In this document: in pieces, positions 10,401 through 24,800 of the stretch
Layout of the letters: every line of letters begins with the position of its first letter
Numbering within the stretch: the first letter of the stretch is position 1
From: Auanema rhodensis
Lineage: Eukaryota; Animalia; Nematoda
NCBI GenBank assembly: GCA_964057225.1
Contig: OZ059896.1
Span: 20,770,001-20,834,000 of the forward strand
Reading direction: 5' to 3'
Length of the DNA: 64,000 nt
Notes under the pieces: model-generated
What the model was told of the DNA's origin: nothing
Seen by the model: only the letters and a program-made list of their open reading frames with translations
The model's database searches: none
Position numbers and translations under genes: made by a program

Positions 10401-13400
10401 GACAAAAATTTTTTCGAAAAATTTCAAAATAATTTAGCAAAAAGTAGATGTTTTTAGATTTCTTTTTTCAAGGCAAAGACGATGGACAATGTTATTCAAC
10501 GAAAAAATTAATTCTTCAGGGTGAAAATCGAGGATATAAGTGTGAACTTATATCAGTTGATATCTCGGTGCATTTTTAAGCTAGCGCAAATCTGATAACA
10601 CAGATCGACGCAGCTTAAAAATCCGCATCGAATGCACTATACTACATTGAGAAACGCTTAATACACAAATTAGTTATGATCGTTTGAAAAATGATGCATT
10701 AGTGTATGTTGAGTTTCCATGTACACTCAACATTGCTTCCAAAAACAGTTTGACAAAAATGTTTTCGAAAAATTTCAAAATAATTTAGCAAAAAGTAGAT
10801 GTTTTTAGATTTCTTTTTTCAAGGCAAAGACGATGGACAATGTTATTCAACGAAAAAATTAATTCTTCAGGGTGAAAATCGAGGATATAAGTGTGAACTT
10901 ATATCAGTTGATATCTCGGTGCATTTTTAAGCTAGCGCAAATCTGATAACACAGATCGACGCAGCTTAAAAATCCGCATCGAATGCACTATACTACATCA
11001 AGAAACGCTTGATACAAAAATTAGTTATGATCGTTTGAAAAATGATGCATTAGTGTATGTTGAGTTTCCATGTACACTCAACATTGCTTCCAAAAACATT
11101 TTGACAAAAATTTTTTCGAAAAATTTCAAAATAATTTAGCAAGAAGTAGATGTTTTTAGATTTCTTTTTTCAAGGCAAAGACGATGGACAATGTAATTCA
11201 ACGAAAAAATTAATTCTTCAGGGTGAAAATCGAGGATATAAGTGTGAACTTATATCAGTTGATATCTCGGTGCATTTTCAAGCTAGCGCAAATCTGATAA
11301 CACAGATAGACGCAGCTTAAAAATCCGCATCGAATGCACTATACTACATTGAGAAACGCTTGATACAAAAATTAGTTATGATCGTTTGAAAAATGATGCA
11401 TTAGTGTATGTTGAGTTTCCATGTACACTCAACATTGCTTCCAAAAACATTTTGACAAAAATTTTTTCGAAAAATTTCAAAATAATTTAGCAAAAAGTAG
11501 ATGTTTTTAGATTCCATTTTTCAAGGCAAAGACGATAGACAATGTTATTCAACGAAAAAATTAATTCTTCAGGGTGAAAATCGAGGATATAAGTGTGAAC
11601 TTATATCAGTTGATATCTCGGTGCATTTTCAAGCTAGCGCAAATCTGATAACACAGATCGACGCAGCTTAAAAATCCGCATCGAATGCACTATACTACAT
11701 TGAGAAACGCTTGATACACAAATTAGTTATGATCGTTTGAAAAATGATGCATTAGTGTATGTTGAGTTTCCATGTACACTCAACATTGCTTCCAAAAACA
11801 GTTTGACAAAAATTTTTTCGAAAAATTTCAAAATAATTTAGCAAAAAGTAGATGTTTTTAGATTTCTTTTTTCAAGGCAAAGACGATGGACAATGTTATT
11901 CAACGAAAAAAGTAATTCTTCAGGGTGAAAATCGAGGATATAAGTGTGAACTTATATCAGTTGATATCTCGGTGCATTTTTAAGCTAGCGCAAATCTGAT
12001 AACACAGATCGACGCAGCTTAAAAATCCGCATCGAATGCACTATACTACATTGAGAAACGCTTGATACAAAAATTAGTTATGATCGTTTGAAAAATGATG
12101 CATTAGTGTATGTTGAGTTTCCATGTACACTCAACATTGCTTCCAAAAACATTTTGACAAAAATTTTTTCGAAAAATTTCAAAATAATTTAGCAAAAAGT
12201 AGATGTTTTTAGATTCCATTTTTCAAGGCAAAGACGATAGACAATGTTATTCAACGAAAAAATTAATTCTTCAGGGTGAAAATCGAGGATATAAGTGTGA
12301 ACTTATATCAGTTGATATCTCGGTGCATTTTTAAGCTAGCGCAAATCTGATAACACAGATCGACGCAGCTTAAAAATCCGCATCGAATGCACTATACTAC
12401 ATTGAGAAATGCTTAATACACAAATTAGTTATGATCGTTTGAAAAATGATGCATTAGTGTATGTTGAGTTTCCATGTACACTCAACATTGCTTCCAAAAA
12501 CAGTTTGACAAAAATTTTTTCGAAAAATTTCAAAATAATTTAGCAAAAAGTAGATGTTTTTAGATTTCTTTTTTCAAGGCAAAGACGATGGACAATGTTA
12601 TTCAACGAAAAAATTAATTCTTCAGGGTGAAAATCGAGGATATAAGTGTGAACTTATATCAGTTGATATCTCGGTGCATTTTTAAGCTAGCGCAAATCTG
12701 ATAACACAGATCGACGCAGCTTAAAAATCCGCATCGAATGCACTATACTACATCAAGAAACGCTTGATACACAAATTAGTTATGATCGTTTGAAAAATGA
12801 TGCATTAGTGTATGTTGAGTTTCCATGTACACTCAACATTGCTTCCAAAAACATTTTGACAAAAATTTTTTCGAAAAATTTCAAAATAATTTAGCAAAAA
12901 GTAGATGTTTTTAGATTCCATTTTTCAAGGCAAAGACGATAGACAATGTTATTCAACGAAAAAATTAATTCTTCAGGGTGAAAATCGAGGATATAAGTGT
13001 GAACTTATATCAGTTGATATCTCGGTGCATTTTTAAGCTAGCGCAAATCTGATAACACAGATCGACGCAGCTTAAAAATCCGCATCGAATGCACTATACT
13101 ACATTGAGAAACGCTTAATACACAAATTAGTTATGATCGTTTGAAAAATGATGCATTAGTGTATGTTGAGTTTCCATGTACACTCAACATTGCTTCCAAA
13201 AACAGTTTGACAAAAATTTTTTCGAAAAATTTCAAAATAATTTAGCAAAAAGTAGATGTTTTTAGATTTCTTTTTTCAAGGCAAAGACGATGGACAATGT
13301 TATTCAACGAAAAAATTAATTCTTCAGGGTGAAAATCGAGGATATAAGTGTGAACTTATATCAGTTGATATCTCGGTGCATTTTTAAGCTAGCGCAAATC

Positions 13401-15198
13401 TGATAACACAGATCGACGCAGCTTAAAAATCCGCATCGAATGCACTATACTACATCAAGAAACGCTTGATACAAAAATTAGTTATGATCGTTTGAAAAAT
13501 GATGCATTAGTGTATGTTGAGTTTCCATGTACACTCAACATTGCTTCCAAAAACATTTTGACAAAAATTTTTTCGAAAAATTTCAAAATAATTTAGCAAG
13601 AAGTAGATGTTTTTAGATTTCTTTTTTCAAGGCAAAGACGATGGACAATGTAATTCAACGAAAAAATTAATTCTTCAGGGTGAAAATCGAGGATATAAGT
13701 GTGAACTTATATCAGTTGATATCTCGGTGCATTTTTAAGCTAGCGCAAATCTGATAACACAGATAGACGCAGCTTAAAAATCCGCATCGAATGCACTATA
13801 CTACATTGAGAAACGCTTGATACAAAAATTAGTTATGATCGTTTGAAAAATGATGCATTAGTGTATGTTGAGTTTCCATGTACACTCAACATTGCTTCCA
13901 AAAACATTTTGACAAAAATTTTTTCGAAAAATTTCAAAATAATTTAGCAAAAAGTAGATGTTTTTAGATTCCATTTTTCAAGGCAAAGACGATAGACAAT
14001 GTTATTCAACGAAAAAATTAATTCTTCAGGGTGAAAATCGAGGATATAAGTGTGAACTTATATCAGTTGATATCTCGGTGCATTTTCAAGCTAGCGCAAA
14101 TCTGATAACACAGATCGACGCAGCTTAAAAATCCGCATCGAATGCACTATACTACATTGAGAAACGCTTGATACACAAATTAGTTATGATCGTTTGAAAA
14201 ATGATGCATTAGTGTATGTTGAGTTTCCATGTACACTCAACATTGCTTCCAAAAACAGTTTGACAAAAATTTTTTCGAAAAATTTCAAAATAATTTAGCA
14301 AAAAGTAGATGTTTTTAGATTTCTTTTTTCAAGGCAAAGACGATGGACAATGTTATTCAACGAAAAAATTAATTCTTCAGGGTGAAAATCGAGGATATAA
14401 GTGTGAACTTATATCAGTTGATATCTCGGTGCATTTTTAAGCTAGCGCAAATCTGATAACACAGATCGACGCAGCTTAAAAATCCGCATCGAATGCACTA
14501 TACTACATTGAGAAACGCTTGATACAAAAATTAGTTATGATCGTTTGAAAAATGGTGCATTAGTGTATGTTGAGTTTCCATGTACACTCAACATTGCTTC
14601 CAAAAACATTTTGACAAAAATTTTTTCGAAAAATTTCAAAATAATTTAGCAAAAAGTAGATGTTTTTAGATTCCATTTTTCAAGGCAAAGACGATAGACA
14701 ATGTTATTCAACGAAAAAATTAATTCTTCAGGGTGAAAATCGAGGATATATGTGTGAACTTATATCAGTTGATATCTCGGTGCATTTTTAAGCTAGCGCA
14801 AATCTGATAACACAGATCGACGCAGCTTAAAAATCCACATCGAATGCACTATACTACATTGAGAAACGCTTGATACAAAAATTAGTTATGATCGTTTGAA
14901 AAATGATGCATTAGTGTATGTTGAGTTTCCATGTACACTCAACATCGCTTCCAAAAACATTTTGACAAAAATTTTTTCGAAAAATTTCAAAATAATTTAG
15001 CAAAAAGTAGATGTTTTTAGATTCCTTTTTTCAAGGCAAAGACGATGGACAATGTTATTCAGCGAAAAAATTAATTCTTCAGGGTGAAAATCGAGGATAT
15101 AAGTGTGAACTTATATCAGTTGATATCTCGGTGCATTTTTAAGCTAGCGCAAATCTGATAACACAGATCGGCGCAGCTTAAAATCCGCATCGAATGCA

Positions 15199-18100
15199 CT
15201 ATACTACATTGAGAAACGCTTGATACAAAAATTAGTTATGATCGTTTGAAAAATGATGCATTAGTGTATGTTGAGTTTCCATGTACACTCAACATTGCTT
15301 CCAAAAACATTTTGATAAAAAGTTTTTCGAAAAATTTCAAAATAATTTAGCAAAAAGTAGATGTTTTTAGATTCCATTTTTCAAGGCAAAGACGAAAGAC
15401 AATGTTATTCAACGAAAAAATTAATTCTTCAGGGTGAAAATCGAGGATATAAGTGTGAACTTATATCAGTTGATATCTCGGTGCATTTTTAAGCTAGCGC
15501 AAATCTGATAACACAGATCGACGCAGCTTAAAAATCCACATCGAATGCACTATACTACATTGAGAAACGCTTGATACAAAAATTAGTTATGATCGTTTGA
15601 AAAATGATGCATTAGTGTATGTTGAGTTTCCATGTACACTCAACATTGCTTCCAAAAACAGTTTGACAAAAATTTTTTCGAAAAATTTCAAAATAATTTA
15701 GCAAAAAGTAGATATTTTTAGATTTCTTTTTTCAAGGCAAAGACGATGGACAATGTTATTCAACGAAAAATTTAATTCTTCAGGGTGAAAATCGAGGATA
15801 TAAGTGTGAACTTATATCAGTTGATATCTCGGTGCATTTTCAAGCTAGCGCAAATCTGATAACACAGATCGACGCAGCTTAAAAATCCGCATCGAATGCA
15901 CTATACTACATTGAGAAACGCTTAATACAAAAATTAGTTATGATCGTTTGAAAAATGATGCATTAGTGTATGTTGAGTTTCCATGTACACTCAACATTGC
16001 TTCCAAAAACATTTTGACAAAAATTTTTTCGAAAAATTTCAAAATAATTTAGCAAAAAGTAGATGTTTTTAGATTCCTTTTTTTAAGGCAAAGACGATGG
16101 ACAATGTTATTCAACGAAAAAATTAATTCTTCAGGGTGAAAATCGAGGATATAAGTGTGAACTTATATCAGTTGATATCTCGGTGCATTTTTAAGCTAGC
16201 GCAAATCTGATAACACAGATCGACGCAGCTTAAAAATCCGCATCGAATGCACTATACTACATTGAGAAACGCTTAATACACAAATTAGTTATGATCGTTT
16301 GAAAAATGATGCATTAGTGTATGTTGAGTTTCCATGTACACTCAACATTGCTTCCAAAAACAGTTTGACAAAAATTTTTTCGAAAAATTTCAAAATAATT
16401 TAGCAAAAAGTAGATGTTTTTAGATTTCTTTTTTCAAGGCAAAGACGATGGACAATGTTATTCAACGAAAAAATTAATTCTTCAGGGTGAAAATCGAGGA
16501 TATAAGTGTGAACTTATATCAGTTGATATCTCGGTGCATTTTTAAGCTAGCGCAAATCTGATAACACAGATCGACGCAGCTTAAAAATCCGCATCGAATG
16601 CACTATACTACATTGAGAAACGCTTAATACACAAATTAGTTATGATCGTTTGAAAAATGATGCATTAGTGTATGTTGAGTTTCCATGTACACTCAACATT
16701 GCTTCCAAAAACATTTTGACAAAAATTTTTTCGAAAAATTTCAAAATAATTTAGCAAAAAGTAGATGTTTTTAGATTCCATTTTTCAAGGCAAAGACGAT
16801 AGACAATGTTATTCAACGAAAAAATTAATTCTTCAGGGTGAAAATCGAGGATATATGTGTGAACTTATATCAGTTGATATCTCGGTGCATTTTTAAGCTA
16901 GCGCAAATCTGATAACACAGATAGACGCAGCTTAAAAATCCGCATCGAATGCACTATACTACATTGAGAAACGCTTAATACAAAAATTAGTTATGATCGT
17001 TTGAAAAATGATGCATTAGTGTATGTTGAGTTTCCATGTACACTCAACATTGCTTCCAAAAACATTTTGACAAAAATTTTTTCGAAAAATTTCAAAATAA
17101 TTTAGCAAAAAGTAGATGTTTTTAGATTCCTTTTTTTAAGGCAAAGACGATGGACAATGTTATTCAACGAAAAAATTAATTCTTCAGGGTGAAAATCGAG
17201 GATATAAGTGTGAACTTATATCAGTTGATATCTCGGTGCATTTTTAAGCTAGCGCAAATCTGATAACACAGATCGACGCAGCTTAAAAATCCGCATCGAA
17301 TGCACTATACTACATTGAGAAACGCTTAATACACAAATTAGTTATGATCGTTTGAAAAATGATGCATTAGTGTATGTTGAGTTTCCATGTACACTCAACA
17401 TTGCTTCCAAAAACAGTTTGACAAAAATTTTTTCGAAAAATTTCAAAATAATTTAGCAAAAAGTAGATGTTTTTAGATTTCTTTTTTCAAGGCAAAGACG
17501 ATGGACAATGTTATTCAACGAAAAAATTAATTCTTCAGGGTGAAAATCGAGGATATAAGTGTGAACTTATATCAGTTGATATCTCGGTGCATTTTTAAGC
17601 TAGCGCAAATCTGATAACACAGATCGACGCAGCTTAAAAATCCGCATCGAATGCACTATACTACATTGAGAAACGCTTAATACACAAATTAGTTATGATC
17701 GTTTGAAAAATGATGCATTAGTGTATGTTGAGTTTCCATGTACACTCAACATTGCTTCCAAAAACATTTTGACAAAAATTTTTTCGAAAAATTTCAAAAT
17801 AATTTAGCAAAAAGTAGATGTTTTTAGATTCCATTTTTCAAGGCAAAGACGATAGACAATGTTATTCAACGAAAAAATTAATTCTTCAGGGTGAAAATCG
17901 AGGATATATGTGTGAACTTATATCAGTTGATATCTCGGTGCATTTTTAAGCTAGCGCAAATCTGATAACACAGATCGGCGCAGCTTAAAATCCGCATCGA
18001 ATGCACTATACTACATTGAGAAACGCTTGATACAAAAATTAGTTATGATCGTTTGAAAAATGATGCATTAGTGTATGTTGAGTTTCCATGTACACTCAAC

Positions 18101-21100
18101 ATTGCTTCCAAAAACATTTTGATAAAAAGTTTTTCGAAAAGTTTCAAAATAATTTAGCAAAAAGTAGATGTTTTTAGATTCCATTTTTCAAGGCAAAGAC
18201 GAAAGACAATGTTATTCAACGAAAAAATTAATTCTTCAGGGTGAAAATCGAGGATATAAGTGTGAACTTATATCAGTTGATATCTCGGTGCATTTTTAAG
18301 CTAGCGCAAATCTGATAACACAGATCGGCGCAGCTTAAAATCCGCATCGAATGCACTATACTACATTGAGAAACGCTTGATACAAAAATTAGTTATGATC
18401 GTTTGAAAAATGATGCATTAGTGTATGTTGAGTTTCCATGTACACTCAACATTGCTTCCAAAAACATTTTGATAAAAAGTTTTTCGAAAAATTTCAAAAT
18501 AATTTAGCAAAAAGTAGATGTTTTTAGATTCCATTTTTCAAGGCAAAGACGAAAGACAATGTTATTCAACGAAAAAATTAATTCTTCAGGGTGAAAATCG
18601 AGGATATAAGTGTGAACTTATATCAGTTGATATCTCGGTGCATTTTTAAGCTAGCGCAAATCTGATAACACAGATCGACGCAGCTTAAAAATCCACATCG
18701 AATGCACTATACTACATTGAGAAACGCTTGATACAAAAATTAGTTATGATCGTTTGAAAAATGATGCATTAGTGTATGTTGAGTTTCCATGTACACTCAA
18801 CATTGCTTCCAAAAACAGTTTGACAAAAATTTTTTCGAAAAATTTCAAAATAATTTAGCAAAAAGTAGATATTTTTAGATTTCTTTTTTCAAGGCAAAGA
18901 CGATGGACAATGTTATTCAACGAAAAATTTAATTCTTCAGGGTGAAAATCGAGGATATAAGTGTGAACTTATATCAGTTGATATCTCGGTGCATTTTCAA
19001 GCTAGCGCAAATCTGATAACACAGATCGACGCAGCTTAAAAATCCGCATCGAATGCACTATACTACATTGAGAAACGCTTAATACAAAAATTAGTTATGA
19101 TCGTTTGAAAAATGATGCATTAGTGTATGTTGAGTTTCCATGTACACTCAACATTGCTTCCAAAAACATTTTGACAAAAATTTTTTCGAAAAATTTCAAA
19201 ATAATTTAGCAAAAAGTAGATGTTTTTAGATTCCTTTTTTTAAGGCAAAGACGATGGACAATGTTATTCAACGAAAAAATTAATTCTTCAGGGTGAAAAT
19301 CGAGGATATAAGTGTGAACTTATATCAGTTGATATCTCGGTGCATTTTTAAGCTAGCGCAAATCTGATAACACAGATCGACGCAGCTTAAAAATCCGCAT
19401 CGAATGCACTATACTACATTGAGAAACGCTTAATACACAAATTAGTTATGATCGTTTGAAAAATGATGCATTAGTGTATGTTGAGTTTCCATGTACACTC
19501 AACATTGCTTCCAAAAACAGTTTGACAAAAATTTTTTCGAAAAATTTCAAAATAATTTAGCAAAAAGTAGATGTTTTTAGATTTCTTTTTTCAAGGCAAA
19601 GACGATGGACAATGTTATTCAACGAAAAAATTAATTCTTCAGGGTGAAAATCGAGGATATAAGTGTGAACTTATATCAGTTGATATCTCGGTGCATTTTT
19701 AAGCTAGCGCAAATCTGATAACACAGATCGACGCAGCTTAAAAATCCGCATCGAATGCACTATACTACATTGAGAAACGCTTAATACACAAATTAGTTAT
19801 GATCGTTTGAAAAATGATGCATTAGTGTATGTTGAGTTTCCATGTACACTCAACATTGCTTCCAAAAACATTTTGACAAAAATTTTTTCGAAAAATTTCA
19901 AAATAATTTAGCAAAAAGTAGATGTTTTTAGATTCCATTTTTCAAGGCAAAGACGATAGACAATGTTATTCAACGAAAAAATTAATTCTTCAGGGTGAAA
20001 ATCGAGGATATATGTGTGAACTTATATCAGTTGATATCTCGGTGCATTTTTAAGCTAGCGCAAATCTGATAACACAGATAGACGCAGCTTAAAAATCCGC
20101 ATCGAATGCACTATACTACATTGAGAAACGCTTAATACAAAAATTAGTTATGATCGTTTGAAAAATGATGCATTAGTGTATGTTGAGTTTCCATGTACAC
20201 TCAACATTGCTTCCAAAAACATTTTGACAAAAATTTTTTCGAAAAATTTCAAAATAATTTAGCAAAAAGTAGATGTTTTTAGATTCCTTTTTTTAAGGCA
20301 AAGACGATGGACAATGTTATTCAACGAAAAAATTAATTCTTCAGGGTGAAAATCGAGGATATAAGTGTGAACTTATATCAGTTGATATCTCGGTGCATTT
20401 TTAAGCTAGCGCAAATCTGATAACACAGATCGACGCAGCTTAAAAATCCGCATCGAATGCACTATACTACATTGAGAAACGCTTAATACACAAATTAGTT
20501 ATGATCGTTTGAAAAATGATGCATTAGTGTATGTTGAGTTTCCATGTACACTCAACATTGCTTCCAAAAACAGTTTGACAAAAATTTTTTCGAAAAATTT
20601 CAAAATAATTTAGCAAAAAGTAGATGTTTTTAGATTTCTTTTTTCAAGGCAAAGACGATGGACAATGTTATTCAACGAAAAAATTAATTCTTCAGGGTGA
20701 AAATCGAGGATATAAGTGTGAACTTATATCAGTTGATATCTCGGTGCATTTTTAAGCTAGCGCAAATCTGATAACACAGATCGACGCAGCTTAAAAATCC
20801 GCATCGAATGCACTATACTACATTGAGAAACGCTTAATACACAAATTAGTTATGATCGTTTGAAAAATGATGCATTAGTGTATGTTGAGTTTCCATGTAC
20901 ACTCAACATTGCTTCCAAAAACATTTTGACAAAAATTTTTTCGAAAAATTTCAAAATAATTTAGCAAAAAGTAGATGTTTTTAGATTCCATTTTTCAAGG
21001 CAAAGACGATAGACAATGTTATTCAACGAAAAAATTAATTCTTCAGGGTGAAAATCGAGGATATATGTGTGAACTTATATCAGTTGATATCTCGGTGCAT

Positions 21101-21130
21101 TTTTAAGCTAGCGCAAATCTGATAACACAG
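15199..21130. repeat. 9-monomer duplication (offset 3157 bp) with nested 3-monomer repeats (offset 1053 bp)
   Basis: Shared variants gacgaaagac 15396/18553, gatatttt 15714/18871 and gatagacgc 16923/20080. Trimer starts at 15901, 16954, 19058 and 20111. Confidence 0.85.
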
Positions 21131-21864
21131 ATAGACGCAGCTTAAAAATCCGCATCGAATGCACTATACTACATTGAGAAACGCTTAATACACAAATTAG
21201 TTATGATCGTTTGAAAAATGATGCATTAGTGTATGTTGAGTTTCCATGTACACTCAACATTGCTTCCAAAAACATTTTGACAAAAATTTTTTCGAAAAAT
21301 TTCAAAATAATTTAGCAAAAAGTAGATGTTTTTAGATTCCATTTTTCAAGGCAAAGACGATAGACAATGTTATTCAACGAAAAAATTAATTCTTCAGGGT
21401 GAAAATCGAGGATATATGTGTGAACTTATATCAGTTGATATCTCGGTGCATTTTTAAGCTAGCGCAAATCTGATAACACAGATCGACGCAGCTTAAAAAT
21501 CCACATCGAATGCACTATACTACATTGAGAAACGCTTGATACAAAAATTAGTTATGATCGTTTGAAAAATGATGCATTAGTGTATGTTGAGTTTCCATGT
21601 ACACTCAACATTGCTTCCAAAAACATTTTGACAAAAATTTTTTCGAAAAATTTCAAAATAATTTAGCAAAAAGTAGATGTTTTTAGATTCCTTTTTTCAA
21701 GGCAAAGACGATGGACAATGTTATTCAGCGAAAAAATTAATTCTTCAGGGTGAAAATCGAGGATATAAGTGTGAACTTATATCAGTTGATATCTCGGTGC
21801 ATTTTTAAGCTAGCGCAAATCTGATAACACAGATCGGCGCAGCTTAAAATCCGCATCGAATGCA

Positions 21865-24800
21865 CTATACTACATTGAGAAACGCTTGATACAAAAATTA
21901 GTTATGATCGTTTGAAAAATGATGCATTAGTGTATGTTGAGTTTCCATGTACACTCAACATTGCTTCCAAAAACATTTTGATAAAAATTTTTTCGAAAAA
22001 TTTCAAAATAATTTAGCAAAAAGTAGATGTTTTTAGATTCCATTTTTCAAGGCAAAGACGATAGACAATGTTATTCAACGAAAAAATTAATTCTTCAGGG
22101 TGAAAATCGAGGATATAAGTGTGAACTTATATCAGTTGATATCTCGGTGCATTTTTAAGCTAGCGCAAATCTGATAACACAGATCGACGCAGCTTAAAAA
22201 TCCACATCGAATGCACTATACTACATTGAGAAACGCTTGATACAAAAATTAGTTATGATCGTTTGAAAAATGGTGCATTAGTGTATGTTGAGTTTCCATG
22301 TACACTCAACATTGCTTCCAAAAACATTTTGACAAAAATTTTTTCGAAAAATTTCAAAATAATTTAGCAAAAAGTAGATGTTTTTAGATTCCATTTTTCA
22401 AGGCAAAGACGATAGACAATGTTATTCAACGAAAAAATTAATTCTTCAGGGTGAAAATCGAGGATATATGTGTGAACTTATATCAGTTGATATCTCGGTG
22501 CATTTTTAAGCTAGCGCAAATCTGATAACACAGATCGACGCAGCTTAAAAATCCACATCGAATGCACTATACTACATTGAGAAACGCTTGATACAAAAAT
22601 TAGTTATGATCGTTCGAAAAATGATGCATTAGTGTATGTTGAGTTTCCATGTACACTCAACATTGCTTCCAAAAACATTTTGACAAAAATTTTTTCGAAA
22701 AATTTCAAAATAATTTAGCAAAAAGTAGATGTTTTTAGATTCCTTTTTTCAAGGCAAAGACGATGGACAATGTTATTCAGCGAAAAAATTAATTCTTCAG
22801 GGTGAAAATCGAGGATATAAGTGTGAACTTATATCAGTTGATATCTCGGTGCATTTTTAAGCTAGCGCAAATCTGATAACACAGATCGGCGCAGCTTAAA
22901 ATCCGCATCGAATGCACTATACTACATTGAGAAACGCTTGATACAAAAATTAGTTATGATCGTTTGAAAAATGATGCATTAGTGTATGTTGAGTTTCCAT
23001 GTACACTCAACATTGCTTCCAAAAACATTTTGATAAAAATTTTTTCGAAAAATTTCAAAATAATTTAGCAAAAAGTAGATGTTTTTAGATTCCATTTTTC
23101 AAGGCAAAGACGATAGACAATGTTATTCAACGAAAAAATTAATTCTTCAGGGTGAAAATCGAGGATATATGTGTGAACTTATATCAGTTGATATCTCGGT
23201 GCATTTTTAAGCTAGCGCAAATCTGATAACACAGATCGACGCAGCTTAAAAATCCACATCGAATGCACTATACTACATTGAGAAACGCTTGATACAAAAA
23301 TTAGTTATGATCGTTTGAAAAATGATGCACTAGTGTATGTTGAGTTTCCATGTACACTCAACATTGCTTCCAAAAACATTTTGACAAAAATTTTTTCGAA
23401 AAATTTCAAAATAATTTAGCAAAAAGTAGATGTTTTTAGATTCCTTTTTTCAAGGCAAAGACGATGGACAATGTTATTCAGCGAAAAAATTAATTCTTCA
23501 GGGTGAAAATCGAGGATATAAGTGTGAACTTATATCAGTTGATATCTCGGTGCATTTTTAAGCTAGCGCAAATCTGATAACACAGATCGGCGCAGCTTAA
23601 AATCCGCATCGAATGCACTATACTACATTAAGAAACGCTTGATACAAAAATTAGTTATGATCGTTTGAAAAATGATGCATTAGTGTATGTTGAGTTTCCA
23701 TGTACACTCAACATTGCTTCCAAAAACATTTTGATAAAAATTTTTTCGAAAAATTTCAAAATAATTTAGCAAAAAGTAGATGTTTTTAGATTCCATTTTT
23801 CAAGGCAAAGACGATAGACAATGTTATTCAACGAAAAAATTAATTCTTCAGGGTGAAAATCGAGGATATAAGTGTGAACTTATATCAGTTGATATCTCGG
23901 TGCATTTTTAAGCTAGCGCAAATCTGATAACACAGATCGACGCAGCTTAAAAATCCACATCGAATGCACTATACTACATTGAGAAACGCTTGATACAAAA
24001 ATTAGTTATGATCGTTTGAAAAATGATGCATTAGTGTATGTTGAGTTTCCATGTACACTCAACATTGCTTCCAAAAACAGTTTGACAAAAATTTTTTCGA
24101 AAAATTTCAGAATAATTTAGCAAAAAGTAGATATTTTTAGATTTCTTTTTTCAAGGCAAAGACGATGGACAATGTTATTCAACGAAAAATTTAATTCTTC
24201 AGGGTGAAAATCGAGGATATAAGTGTGAACTTATATCAGTTGATATCTCGGTGCATTTTCAAGCTAGCGCAAATCTGATAACACAGATCGACGCAGCTTA
24301 AAAATCCGCATCGAATGCACTATACTACATTGAGAAACGCTTAATACAAAAATTAGTTATGATCGTTTGAAAAATGATGCATTAGTGTATGTTGAGTTTC
24401 CATGTACACTCAACATTGCTTCCAAAAACATTTTGACAAAAATTTTTTCGAAAAATTTCAAAATAATTTAGCAAAAAGTAGATGTTTTTAGATTTCTTTT
24501 TTCAAGGCAAAGACGATGGACAATGTTATTCAACGAAAAAATTAATTCTTCAGGGTGAAAATCGAGGATATAAGTGTGAACTTATATCAGTTGATATCTC
24601 GGTGCATTTTTAAGCTAGCGCAAATCTGATAACACAGATCGGCGCAGCTTAAAATCCGCATCGAATGCACTATACTACATTGAGAAACGCTTGATACAAA
24701 AATTAGTTATGATCGTTTGAAAAATGATGCATTAGTGTATGTTGAGTTTCCATGTACACTCAACATTGCTTCCAAAAACATTTTGATAAAAATTTTTTCG

